From NCBI GenBank assembly GCA_035360515.1, contig DAOSAY010000002.1:67789-131788 (forward strand): a stretch of 64,000 bases of DNA. Reading direction: 5' to 3'. Position 1 is the first letter of the stretch; each line of letters starts with the position of its first letter. The translations under genes and the position numbers were made by a program. This document shows positions 19,401 to 27,978 of this stretch, piece by piece. Origin of the DNA: Bacteroidales bacterium (GTDB taxonomy: Bacteria; Bacteroidota; Bacteroidia; Bacteroidales; VadinHA17). Below the pieces are notes generated by a model that was not told the DNA's origin, did no database searches, and worked only from the letters and a program-made list of their open reading frames with translations.

Positions 19401-20558
19401 ATGGCTATCAGAGTTAATCCTGAGTTTATCAATGAGCTTGACCGCTTTGGTGCAGAAGATGTTCAGCTATGTTACCAGTGCGGAGATTGCTCCACTGTCT
19501 GTCCTCATGCAGATGAGGTGTACAGGTTTCCCAGAAAATCTATGAAACTGCTTCAGATGGGCCTTGAGCAGAAAATAGAAACTACTCTGGAACCATGGCT
19601 TTGCTACTATTGCGGGCAGTGTTCTGAACAATGTCCGAGGGAAGCTGATCCCGGTGAAACGATGATGAGCCTCAGGAGATGGCTGATCTCAAAATATGAT
19701 TTTACCGGTATTTCAAGGGCTTTCTATAAATCGAGAACTGTTGAGGTTTTAACAATTATTTTCGTGGCAATACTCACCGGAGCCCTTCTGCTCTATTACG
19801 GATTTACAAACGGTAATATCGGTATCTACGACGGTGAAGGAGCATTTCTTCCAAGCCATTTTGTTCACAGGTTTGACCTTAGCGTAGGTGCAATCTTGCT
19901 CGTTTTTCTTCTTATTAATGCTTTCAGGATGTGGAAAATGGTTATGGTCAGGGGAACAAATTTTCCGGTACCATGGTGGTTGTATATTAAAAAGTTTTAC
20001 CAGCTTCCGTGGCATTTTTTCACTCAGAAACGCTATTCGGAGTGTGAAAAAAAACGTGGTCATAAAATCTATATGCCGTGGCTGATTCACCTCGGACTGA
20101 TGCTCGGATATGTTACAATGCTTGTGCTGGTGATGGTTTTCGTTGAATTGCTTCAAAAGGGTCCGGAAATAAGATGGGAAGTACATGTCTTTGGTTATCT
20201 GGCCACAATAGGACTATTGGCGGGAACTATCTATTTCATCAGAGGACGTTTTAAAAAACATTATATTCAGTATAAAAAATCACATGGTACTGACTGGGTT
20301 TTTGTGATTCTCCTGTTTATGATTGTTATAACCGGAATTTCACAGCATATTTTTCACCGTACCGGTTTGATTGAAATGGCCAATATAACTTATGTTATTC
20401 ACCTGATGAGTGCTGTGCCATGGCTTTTAAGAATGCCGTTTACAAAATGGGCTCATCTTGTTTACCGGCCTCTTGCAATGTATTTTGCATCAATCAGACG
20501 TGAAGCAATTGAAAGGGATACAGCAGTTAAAGAATTATATCCTCTTGTAATTAAATAA
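19401..20558 (+). CDS. QmoC-like fusion: HdrC-like 2x[4Fe-4S] domain plus a 6-TM cytochrome-b (HdrE/NarI)-like membrane domain
   Basis: FeS motifs CYQCGDCSTVCP and CYYCGQCSEQCP are followed by six hydrophobic helices carrying several His residues (LIHLG, VHVFGY, QHIFH, VIHLM, WAHLVYRP). The start was set at ATG 19401, just after the hdrA stop at 19390. Confidence 0.7.
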   Translation: MAIRVNPEFINELDRFGAEDVQLCYQCGDCSTVCPHADEVYRFPRKSMKLLQMGLEQKIETTLEPWLCYYCGQCSEQCPREADPGETMMSLRRWLISKYDFTGISRAFYKSRTVEVLTIIFVAILTGALLLYYGFTNGNIGIYDGEGAFLPSHFVHRFDLSVGAILLVFLLINAFRMWKMVMVRGTNFPVPWWLYIKKFYQLPWHFFTQKRYSECEKKRGHKIYMPWLIHLGLMLGYVTMLVLVMVFVELLQKGPEIRWEVHVFGYLATIGLLAGTIYFIRGRFKKHYIQYKKSHGTDWVFVILLFMIVITGISQHIFHRTGLIEMANITYVIHLMSAVPWLLRMPFTKWAHLVYRPLAMYFASIRREAIERDTAVKELYPLVIK

Positions 20559-20566
20559 CCTTTACT

Positions 20567-22306
20567 ATGGAAAATCTCAGAATTGGTGTTTATATATGCA
20601 TGTGCGGGACCAATATTGCAAAGATTGTTGATGTTGAAGCTGTTGCAAAATTTGCATCAGAAGTTCCCGAAGTGGTTCTGGCAAAAAGTTATAAATACAT
20701 GTGTTCCAATCCGGGTCAGGAAATGATAATTCAGGATATTAAAGAAAATAACCTGAACAGGATTGTTGTTGCAGCCTGCAGCCCCAATATGCACGAGCGC
20801 ACATTCCGGAGCGCATTGCGTATAGCAGGGCTGAACCAGTATCTGCTTGAAATGGCAAATATCAGGGAACAGTGTAGCTGGGTTCACTCCGATCCTGTTG
20901 AGGCCACCGAAAAAGCAAAAGCACTTGTTAATGCAGCCATCTCCCGTGTTAAACTTCATGAGGAACTGGAGAGTGTATCCGCCCGGATGTGCCCCAATGT
21001 TCTTGTTATAGGCGGAGGAATAGCAGGGATGACTGCTGCACTTGAACTTGCAGATGCAGGAAATACCGTTTATCTGGTTGAAAAAGAAAATCACCTTGGA
21101 GGCAACCTTGCCAGGGTCGACCTTACAGCACCTTATCTCTATTCGGCAAGAGATTTGTTGACTGAAAGAATAACAAGGATTAACAACAATAAAAACATAA
21201 AGGTATTCTTAAGTTCCAAAGTAACAAGCCTCACCGGATACATCGGAAACTTCAGAGCCGTAATTCAAAACCTTGTTTCTATTCAGGAGGGTAAAACAAG
21301 AGATACTGAAGTTGAAATCGGTAATGTAATTGTATGCACGGGATACAAGGAATTTGATGCTTCACGCATTGTACACTACGGATACGGAAAACTGCCAAAC
21401 GTCATCACTTCATTTGAATTTGAAAAAATGCTTCGGGCAGGCAGGATCGAGACAAAGGAAGGAAAAACTCCGAAGTATGTAGCAATTATTCACTGTGTAG
21501 GAAGCAGAAGTCAGGAATTTCATTCATATTGTTCAAGAGTATGCTGTATGACAGCACTAAAATATGCTCATGAAATCAAATCAGCAATTCCCGACTGCTA
21601 TGTTTCTGATATATACATAGATATGCATGCTTTTGGCAAAGGGCATGAAGATTTTTACCGCAGTTCCTCACAGGCAAAAACTCTTTTCCTGATGTACGAA
21701 AAGGGTGACCGACCTGTAATTCACAAGGCAGGGCCAAAGGATGATTGTGGGATGCTGATTGAAGTGAATGAAAAACTTTCGGGCGAAACAATTGAAATTC
21801 CTGCAGACCTCGTCATACTTATGGTGGGGATGGAAGCAAGGGAAGATGCCTATGAAGTGGCAAGGATAGTGAATATAAGTCAGGATAAAGAAGGATGGTT
21901 CATTGAAAGCCATCCAAAGCTTGAACCTGTTGCTACCACAACTGATGGTGTTTTTATTGCCGGTACATGTGTGGCTCCTAAGGATATTCCGGATACTGTT
22001 GCTCAGGCAAGGGCAGCTGCTGCAAGAATCCTTGCACGAATAGCGAAAGAAAAAATTGAAATTGATGCACTCTATTCAGAAGTGAATCCAAATCTGTGTT
22101 CGGGATGTCGCCTCTGCAACCTTCTCTGTCCTTACAGCGCTATAGAGTTTCTTGAAGATAAAAAACAGAGTCATATTATCAGTGCTCTCTGCAAGGGATG
22201 CGGAGTGTGTGTAGCAGCCTGCCCCTCATCAGCAATTAAAGGAAGACATTTCACCGACCAGCAGATTCTCGCTCAGGTTGAAGGATTACTGGCTGAGAAA
22301 CTGTAA
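20567..22306 (+). CDS. hdrA: HdrA-like FAD/FeS protein, paralog 2 (C-terminal ferredoxin domain)
   Basis: N-terminal IGVYICMCGTNI and ACSP motifs, the fold VIGGGIAGMTAA, and the HdrA signature CVGSRSQEFHSYCSRVCC. The C-terminal 4Fe-4S motifs are CSGCRLCNLLCP and CKGCGVCVAACP. Confidence 0.85.
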   Translation: MENLRIGVYICMCGTNIAKIVDVEAVAKFASEVPEVVLAKSYKYMCSNPGQEMIIQDIKENNLNRIVVAACSPNMHERTFRSALRIAGLNQYLLEMANIREQCSWVHSDPVEATEKAKALVNAAISRVKLHEELESVSARMCPNVLVIGGGIAGMTAALELADAGNTVYLVEKENHLGGNLARVDLTAPYLYSARDLLTERITRINNNKNIKVFLSSKVTSLTGYIGNFRAVIQNLVSIQEGKTRDTEVEIGNVIVCTGYKEFDASRIVHYGYGKLPNVITSFEFEKMLRAGRIETKEGKTPKYVAIIHCVGSRSQEFHSYCSRVCCMTALKYAHEIKSAIPDCYVSDIYIDMHAFGKGHEDFYRSSSQAKTLFLMYEKGDRPVIHKAGPKDDCGMLIEVNEKLSGETIEIPADLVILMVGMEAREDAYEVARIVNISQDKEGWFIESHPKLEPVATTTDGVFIAGTCVAPKDIPDTVAQARAAAARILARIAKEKIEIDALYSEVNPNLCSGCRLCNLLCPYSAIEFLEDKKQSHIISALCKGCGVCVAACPSSAIKGRHFTDQQILAQVEGLLAEKL

Positions 22307-22338
22307 ATTCGGAATTATTATACTGACAGTATATTTTT

Positions 22339-23688
22339 ATGGAAGAAAAGCTGGTTCCGGCACATATATTCTTCCTGAGATGGTTTATCAGAATCAGGTG
22401 GATAGCTGTTTCAGCATTGATTGCCTCAGATTTTATTGTTTCACATTTTCTGAACATATCTGTCGAGGAAGATAAAATCTATATTATCGCCGGAATTCTT
22501 TTTTTACTTAACGTTTTTCACTGGATTGTTCTCAGGAGAATAAACAGAGATTCGGGTGCCAATGTTATAGGAAGGATAAAAAGAAATATCCATTTTCAGA
22601 TAATAACTGATCTGATCCTGCTTACATTCGTTATACATTATTCGGGGGGAATAGAAAATCCCCTGATATTATTCTATTTTTTTCATCTTATTATTGCAAG
22701 TTCAATATTCTCGACCTTTCTGAGCTACCTGTATGCTGCCTTTGCTTTAATACTGGCTTTGTCGCTGAGTTTTCTGGAATGCTTTCAGATTATCCCCCAT
22801 TATCCTCTGGAGGGATTTGTTAATCACGAACTTTATAAAAATGTTCTGTACGTCTCAGGTGCAGGTTTTGTATTTGCATGTACATCTGTTATGGTTGTAT
22901 GGCTCTCTCATATGATTATTAACCGGTCGATAAAAAGTGAAGAGACATACGTTAGAACGAATATTGAGCTACAGAACAAAGACAAGCTTAAAAACGAATA
23001 TGTTCTGAGGGTTACACATGACATTAAAGGACATGTTGCTGCTGTCATGAGTTGTCTTGAAGTTGTCAGGTCAAAAATAACAGGGTCGCTTAACGAGGTT
23101 CAGGAAGAATTTATTAACCGGGCTTATGATAGGGCGGAATTTCTTTCGGAATTCATAAGAGATTTACTCAACCTGACGAAAAAAAGACTTCAACGTAACG
23201 TTGAATTTGAGGATTTCAACCTTGCAGAACTTATCAACCGGGTAGTTGCTCCTGTTCAGATTCTTATCAGCGACAAAGGAATTAATTTCAATATATATGT
23301 TGACAGTTCGGTCGGGATTATCAGAGGTAATCCATATGCTATAGAGGAACTTTATTCGAACCTTTTGCTTAATTCTGTAAAATATACCCCTGGTGGAGGT
23401 CATATCGAACTGACGATTAGACGGCGTATGAACTATATTATATCTGAAATTTCAGATTCAGGTATCGGGATCCCTAAAGATGAAATCCCGAAAATATTTG
23501 ATGAATTTTACAGGGCATCAAATGTTCAGCGCGATGTAAAATCCGGAACAGGGCTTGGTCTTTCAATCGTAAAGGAAATTGTCGATAGGCATAAGGGAAA
23601 AATAAAAGTAGAAAGTGAAGAAGGAGTGTGGACTAAATTTACAGTTATGCTCCCTGTTAATCCGGAAGAACTTTCAACCTCAACCTGA
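22339..23688 (+). CDS. Membrane sensor histidine kinase, RegB/PrrB-like
   Basis: About six N-terminal TM helices, the H-box VTHDIKGHV, and HATPase_c motifs (DSGIGIP, GTGLGLSIV). The loop motif GGIENPL resembles the RegB GGxxNPF motif. Confidence 0.8.
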   Translation: MEEKLVPAHIFFLRWFIRIRWIAVSALIASDFIVSHFLNISVEEDKIYIIAGILFLLNVFHWIVLRRINRDSGANVIGRIKRNIHFQIITDLILLTFVIHYSGGIENPLILFYFFHLIIASSIFSTFLSYLYAAFALILALSLSFLECFQIIPHYPLEGFVNHELYKNVLYVSGAGFVFACTSVMVVWLSHMIINRSIKSEETYVRTNIELQNKDKLKNEYVLRVTHDIKGHVAAVMSCLEVVRSKITGSLNEVQEEFINRAYDRAEFLSEFIRDLLNLTKKRLQRNVEFEDFNLAELINRVVAPVQILISDKGINFNIYVDSSVGIIRGNPYAIEELYSNLLLNSVKYTPGGGHIELTIRRRMNYIISEISDSGIGIPKDEIPKIFDEFYRASNVQRDVKSGTGLGLSIVKEIVDRHKGKIKVESEEGVWTKFTVMLPVNPEELSTST

Positions 23689-23736
23689 AAAGATACACTT
23701 CTGTGTTTTTGTGGAATAATCTGTTCATCAATCTTG

Positions 23737-23820
23737 TACCCGGAGCCGGGGTCGAACCGGCACGGCATCGCTGCCACTGGTGTTTGAGACCAGCGCGTCT
23801 ACCATTTCCGCCATCCGGGC
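23737..23820 (-). tRNA. tRNA-Leu (anticodon CAA)
   Basis: The reverse complement reads GCCCGGATGGCGGAAATGGTAGACGCGCTGGTCTCAAACACCAGTGGCAGCGATGCCGTGCCGGTTCGACCCCGGCTCCGGGTA. It has an anticodon stem CTGGT/ACCAG with loop CTCAAAC, a long variable arm, a T-loop GGTTCGA, and a 7-bp acceptor stem with G1:U72. No CCA is encoded. Confidence 0.9.
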
Positions 23821-23878
23821 ATCCTCAAATTGTATATTCACCCCGGGTGCGAATATATATAAATTTACGGTTGAAATT

Positions 23879-24667
23879 TTACTTTTTACCTGCTTTCCCA
23901 AGGTCGAGTAGTTCCACTTTTCTGAACTCGGTTGGATGACTTTCGGCCTGGAGTGCAATATATCCCTCTTTCAGCAGTGTGCCGTCAGGGACAGGATAAT
24001 CAGCTGGTTTGTTTGTCCCTCCAACCTGAGGTTTCGAATAAGTAAGAACAGTATCCCCATTGACAATATGGTGAATAATGCTGTCGCCATATACAACAAG
24101 CTCAGCTGTAACCCATACATCACCATGATAAGTCTTTGATTTTGAATTTACACAGTGCTGGGTTACAAGATTGCCATCCATCACAATATGAGTACCGGGA
24201 GTACAGACGTTCATTGTAGTTCGTTCCGATACACCGTCGCCACCAAGTAATTGAGCTTCAATAGATACTGGAAAATCCTGATCTAGCAGCATTGACTCGG
24301 GCGACTGACAATGAAACATAATACCGTTGTTCCTGAATGCCCACGAAGGTCCTTCAGGACATTGCTCTCCTACAAACCTGTATTCAACCCTTACCTTGTA
24401 ATGTGAAAAGGGTGTTTTGTAAAATATATGCCCGTAGCTCGAGTTGAATTTGTCATATTTATCATAGCTAATTCTCAGAACACCATCTTCAACCCTGAAT
24501 GTATTATTGTAGTTCTCACCCAGAGGATGTCCTTTTATTTTAATTACCCAGCCATCAAGATTCTTGCCGTTGAAAAGCTGAATCCATTCTTCTTTTTCTT
24601 TTTTGCTGCTCTGAGAGCATGAAACGGCAATCAGTAGAATTGTGAAAAAAATAACAGTATATTTCAT
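23879..24667 (-). CDS. DUF1080 (3-keto-disaccharide hydrolase-like) secreted protein
   Basis: Signal or lipoprotein N-terminus (LLIAVSCSQ) and the motifs FNGKNLDGWV, FRVEDGVLR and LQAESHPTEFRKVELL, typical of DUF1080. Confidence 0.8.
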   Translation of the reverse strand: MKYTVIFFTILLIAVSCSQSSKKEKEEWIQLFNGKNLDGWVIKIKGHPLGENYNNTFRVEDGVLRISYDKYDKFNSSYGHIFYKTPFSHYKVRVEYRFVGEQCPEGPSWAFRNNGIMFHCQSPESMLLDQDFPVSIEAQLLGGDGVSERTTMNVCTPGTHIVMDGNLVTQHCVNSKSKTYHGDVWVTAELVVYGDSIIHHIVNGDTVLTYSKPQVGGTNKPADYPVPDGTLLKEGYIALQAESHPTEFRKVELLDLGKAGKK

Positions 24668-24774
24668 GACACCATTTTTCCAAAATTAATTAATTTTTTT
24701 GAATGTACCGGCAGATGAATTAATAACTATTTTAATTGTAGAACAATACAGGGTATGATTTAAACTTAATATTT

Positions 24775-26748
24775 CTATTTTTTCCCTGGAAAAACCCGGT
24801 TGAATTTAGGTATTATATTCAGATTATCAATGTTGTAATTCTTTTTAGTGCTACGCAGGACCATTTCTCTTACAGTCCTCACAATGCCTTCAACGTCGAA
24901 GCCGCACTCGGCAGTGAGTTCTTCCTGTGTGCCATGCTCAACGAAATAATCCGGAATGCCAAGGCGTCTGATTTCAGCATGGTAGCCATGGCTTGTCATG
25001 AATTCGATTATTGCACTTCCGAAGCCTCCTTTCAGTATACCGTCTTCGACAGTAACTACCTTTTTAAACTTTTTAAAAACTGAGTGCAGAACCTCCTCAT
25101 CAAGTGGAGATACAAACCTCATATCGTAGTGAGCTGGTGATATACCTTCGTTCCTGAGTATCTCTGTTGCTTTTACTGCATAATTGCCAGGATGTCCGAA
25201 TGTTAGTATTGCAATATCTTTTCCTTCAGAAATAAGACGGGCTTTGCCCGGTTCAATTTCTTCGAAAGGTTTTCTCCAGTCAGTATGTATTCCATTTCCT
25301 TTAGGATATCTGATACTTATGGGGCATTTTATTTTCCCAAGTTGTGCAGTATAAAGCAGATTGCGCAGTTCTATTTCATCCATCGGGGCACTGACTATAA
25401 CATTCGGAATGTTTCTCATGAATGCAATATCGAAGAATCCATGGTGTGTGGCACCGTCACTGCCTACCAGTCCACCGCGGTCGATGCAGAAAACAACATG
25501 AAGGTTTTGAAGGGCAACGTCATGAATTATCTGGTCATAAGCCCTTTGCAGGAATGACGAGTAAATATTGCAATACGGAATGAATCCCTGTGTGGCAAGG
25601 CCTGCTGAAAATGTTACAGCGTGTTGCTCGGCAATTCCAACATCAAATGTTCTGTCGGGAAACTCTTTCATCATGAGGTTAAGGGCACAACCCGTGGGCA
25701 TTGCAGGGGTTATTCCACATATTTTGTCGTTGAGGCGGGCAAGCTCCACCATGGTTTCACCGAATACTTCCTGATATGTTGGAGGTGTACCGGGAGGAGA
25801 TGTGTCAATAATTTCGCCGGTTTCTTTTATAAATGGACCCGGTGAATGAAATTTTGTCTGGTTCTCTTCAGCAAATTTATAACCCTTACCCTTGATGGTG
25901 CGGCAATGGAGAAGCTTTGGACCCGGTAGTTTTTTAAGGTCGTTAAGTACATCAATAAGATGAAGCAGGTCGTGTCCGTCGATGGGCCCAAAATATCTGA
26001 AATTCAATCCTTCAAACAAACTGCTGCGGTCGAGTATGGTACTCTTCAGACCAGCTTCAAGCTGGGCTGCAAACGACCTGGCATCGGGCCCCATCCTGCT
26101 GATTTTGCCGAGAGCTTTCCATATCTCGTCCTTGATCCTGTTGTATGTACGGCTGGTGGTTATATCAAGAAGGTACTCTTTAAATGCTCCTACATTTGGA
26201 TCAATGGATATGTTGTTATCATTCAAAATAACAAGAAGGTTCGATTTCTGGATTCCGGCATTGTTCATTCCTTCAAAAGCCAGACCGGCAGTCATGGCTC
26301 CATCGCCAATAACTGCCACAATGTGCCTGTTTTCTTTTTTTCTTTCCGCTGCTATAGCCATACCAAGAGCAGCTGAAATAGAAGTGGAGGAATGCCCTGT
26401 GCCAAATGCATCGTATTCACTTTCTGACATCTTCGGAAAACCGCTCAGTCCTTTATACTTACGGTTTGTATGGAATTTGTCGCGCCGGCCTGTAAGTATC
26501 TTGTGCCCATAGGCCTGATGCCCTACATCCCAGATAATTTTATCGTAGGGAGTATTGAATACATAATGCAGGGCAATTGTTAGCTCAACCACACCCAGAC
26601 TTGCACCCAGATGACCCGGATTAGTACTTACCGAATCAATTATAAATTGCCGGAGTTCGTTTGCAAGAACAATAAGATCCTCCTTCCTGAGTTTCCGTAA
26701 ATCTGAGGGATCCGAAACTTTCGACAGGATACGGTATTCTGAAGTCAT
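24775..26748 (-). CDS. dxs: 1-deoxy-D-xylulose-5-phosphate synthase
   Basis: Motifs HLGASLGVVELT, DVGHQAYGHKILTGR, and the TPP motif IGDGAMTAGLAFEGMNNAG. The start was set at ATG 26748 (MTSEYRIL). Confidence 0.95.
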   Translation of the reverse strand: MTSEYRILSKVSDPSDLRKLRKEDLIVLANELRQFIIDSVSTNPGHLGASLGVVELTIALHYVFNTPYDKIIWDVGHQAYGHKILTGRRDKFHTNRKYKGLSGFPKMSESEYDAFGTGHSSTSISAALGMAIAAERKKENRHIVAVIGDGAMTAGLAFEGMNNAGIQKSNLLVILNDNNISIDPNVGAFKEYLLDITTSRTYNRIKDEIWKALGKISRMGPDARSFAAQLEAGLKSTILDRSSLFEGLNFRYFGPIDGHDLLHLIDVLNDLKKLPGPKLLHCRTIKGKGYKFAEENQTKFHSPGPFIKETGEIIDTSPPGTPPTYQEVFGETMVELARLNDKICGITPAMPTGCALNLMMKEFPDRTFDVGIAEQHAVTFSAGLATQGFIPYCNIYSSFLQRAYDQIIHDVALQNLHVVFCIDRGGLVGSDGATHHGFFDIAFMRNIPNVIVSAPMDEIELRNLLYTAQLGKIKCPISIRYPKGNGIHTDWRKPFEEIEPGKARLISEGKDIAILTFGHPGNYAVKATEILRNEGISPAHYDMRFVSPLDEEVLHSVFKKFKKVVTVEDGILKGGFGSAIIEFMTSHGYHAEIRRLGIPDYFVEHGTQEELTAECGFDVEGIVRTVREMVLRSTKKNYNIDNLNIIPKFNRVFPGKK

Positions 26749-26898
26749 CAAGCGTTCTGGGTATAGACAGCACAAAGATAGTTAATTATTTCTGTGCCTG
26801 TTTATGCATCAAACAGGTTTTTTATATTTTTGTTCATGCGTTTGTTTAAACTGCACACAGGGAAAAGTATCACTTATTAACTTTAAAAATAAGGTGTA

Positions 26899-27909
26899 AT
26901 GTCAAAAATTAGAGGGTTAATACTTCTGGTAGTATCAGTTCTGGCTGTATCATCATGTGTACCCGGAACTAAATACAAATCAATGCAGGACACCGCCAAA
27001 ATGTATATGAATGAGCGAGATGAACTGAAGACGGAAAACATTATGCTTGCCATGGAAAGGAAAGAGCTTGAGGCAAGAGTTCAGAAACTGGAAGAAGAAA
27101 CAAAATCCATGACAGGCGAGTTAACAGCTTTGCGAAGTGAGAGAGACAGGCTTAAAGAAGAATATAACATTCTGCAGGGTAAGGTAAATGATCTGGAAAA
27201 GGCGAGAGAAGACCTGATTAAGGGCAATGTTACTGAAACAAGAAGATTATTGTCGGAGTTACAGGCAGCACAGGAGAATCTTCAGAAAAAAGAGGATTTG
27301 CTTCGTCAGCTTGAAGCGAATCTTGATATGAAGAAAGCTTCACTTGATGAGCTTTCATATGAGCTTGAAAAGCGGAATGCCAGAATGGCTGAGCTGGAAA
27401 AGATTCTTGAAACCCAGAAAAGGATTGTTCAGGAGTTGAAAAACAAAGTTTCAGAAGCGTTGCTGGGGTTTGAAAATATGGGACTTTCTGTAACAATCCG
27501 CGACGGCAAAGTTTATGTTTCACTTGAAGAAAAGTTACTGTTCAAAACTGCCAGCTGGGAGATTGATGCCAATGGCCGGAATGCTTTAAGAAAGCTGGCC
27601 GCGGTACTTGAGAAAAATCCTGATATTCAAATAACAATTGAAGGACATACCGATAATGTTCCATATAATCCATCAGGAGGTCAGCTTCGCGATAACTGGG
27701 ATCTGAGCGTAAAGAGGGCAACCACAGTGGTCAGGGTGCTTCTGGAAAGCGCGAAAATAGATCCTAAACGACTTACTGCCGCAGGTCGCAGCCAGTACCT
27801 GCCGGTAGACCCACGAAATACTCCTGAAGCCAGACAAAAAAACAGAAGAACCGAAATAATACTTACACCCGACCTGTCGGAATTGTATAATCTGATAAAC
27901 AAATATTGA
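26899..27909 (+). CDS. OmpA-family lipoprotein with a long coiled-coil
   Basis: Lipobox LAVSSC, about 180 aa of heptad-rich E/K/L sequence, and a C-terminal OmpA_C domain (TIEGHTDNVPY...NWDLSVKRA...NRRTEIIL). Confidence 0.85.
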   Translation: MSKIRGLILLVVSVLAVSSCVPGTKYKSMQDTAKMYMNERDELKTENIMLAMERKELEARVQKLEEETKSMTGELTALRSERDRLKEEYNILQGKVNDLEKAREDLIKGNVTETRRLLSELQAAQENLQKKEDLLRQLEANLDMKKASLDELSYELEKRNARMAELEKILETQKRIVQELKNKVSEALLGFENMGLSVTIRDGKVYVSLEEKLLFKTASWEIDANGRNALRKLAAVLEKNPDIQITIEGHTDNVPYNPSGGQLRDNWDLSVKRATTVVRVLLESAKIDPKRLTAAGRSQYLPVDPRNTPEARQKNRRTEIILTPDLSELYNLINKY

Positions 27910-27978
27910 AAGAGTAGTTCACCCTGACTTTTTCAATTAACATTACTTCAGGTTCAGCATCAGGATGAAAGAATTCTG

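Noticed and set aside
14673-22306. Selenocysteine (TGA) recoding in the hydrogenase, MvhD or HdrA genes
   Set aside because: All ORFs are uninterrupted, and the positions that carry Sec in some organisms are Cys here (for example DPCFSCATH). No in-frame TGA needs to be explained.
23689-23878. tRNA-Leu as a possible integration hotspot for a genomic island
   Set aside because: There is no integrase, no direct repeat of the tRNA 3' end, and no compositional break on either side. The flanking genes are an ordinary histidine kinase and a DUF1080 protein.
23703-23958. Track ORFs 23703..23939 (+) and 23728..23958 (-)
   Set aside because: Both run through the tRNA-Leu gene and the end of the DUF1080 gene. 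They have low-complexity translations and no motifs.
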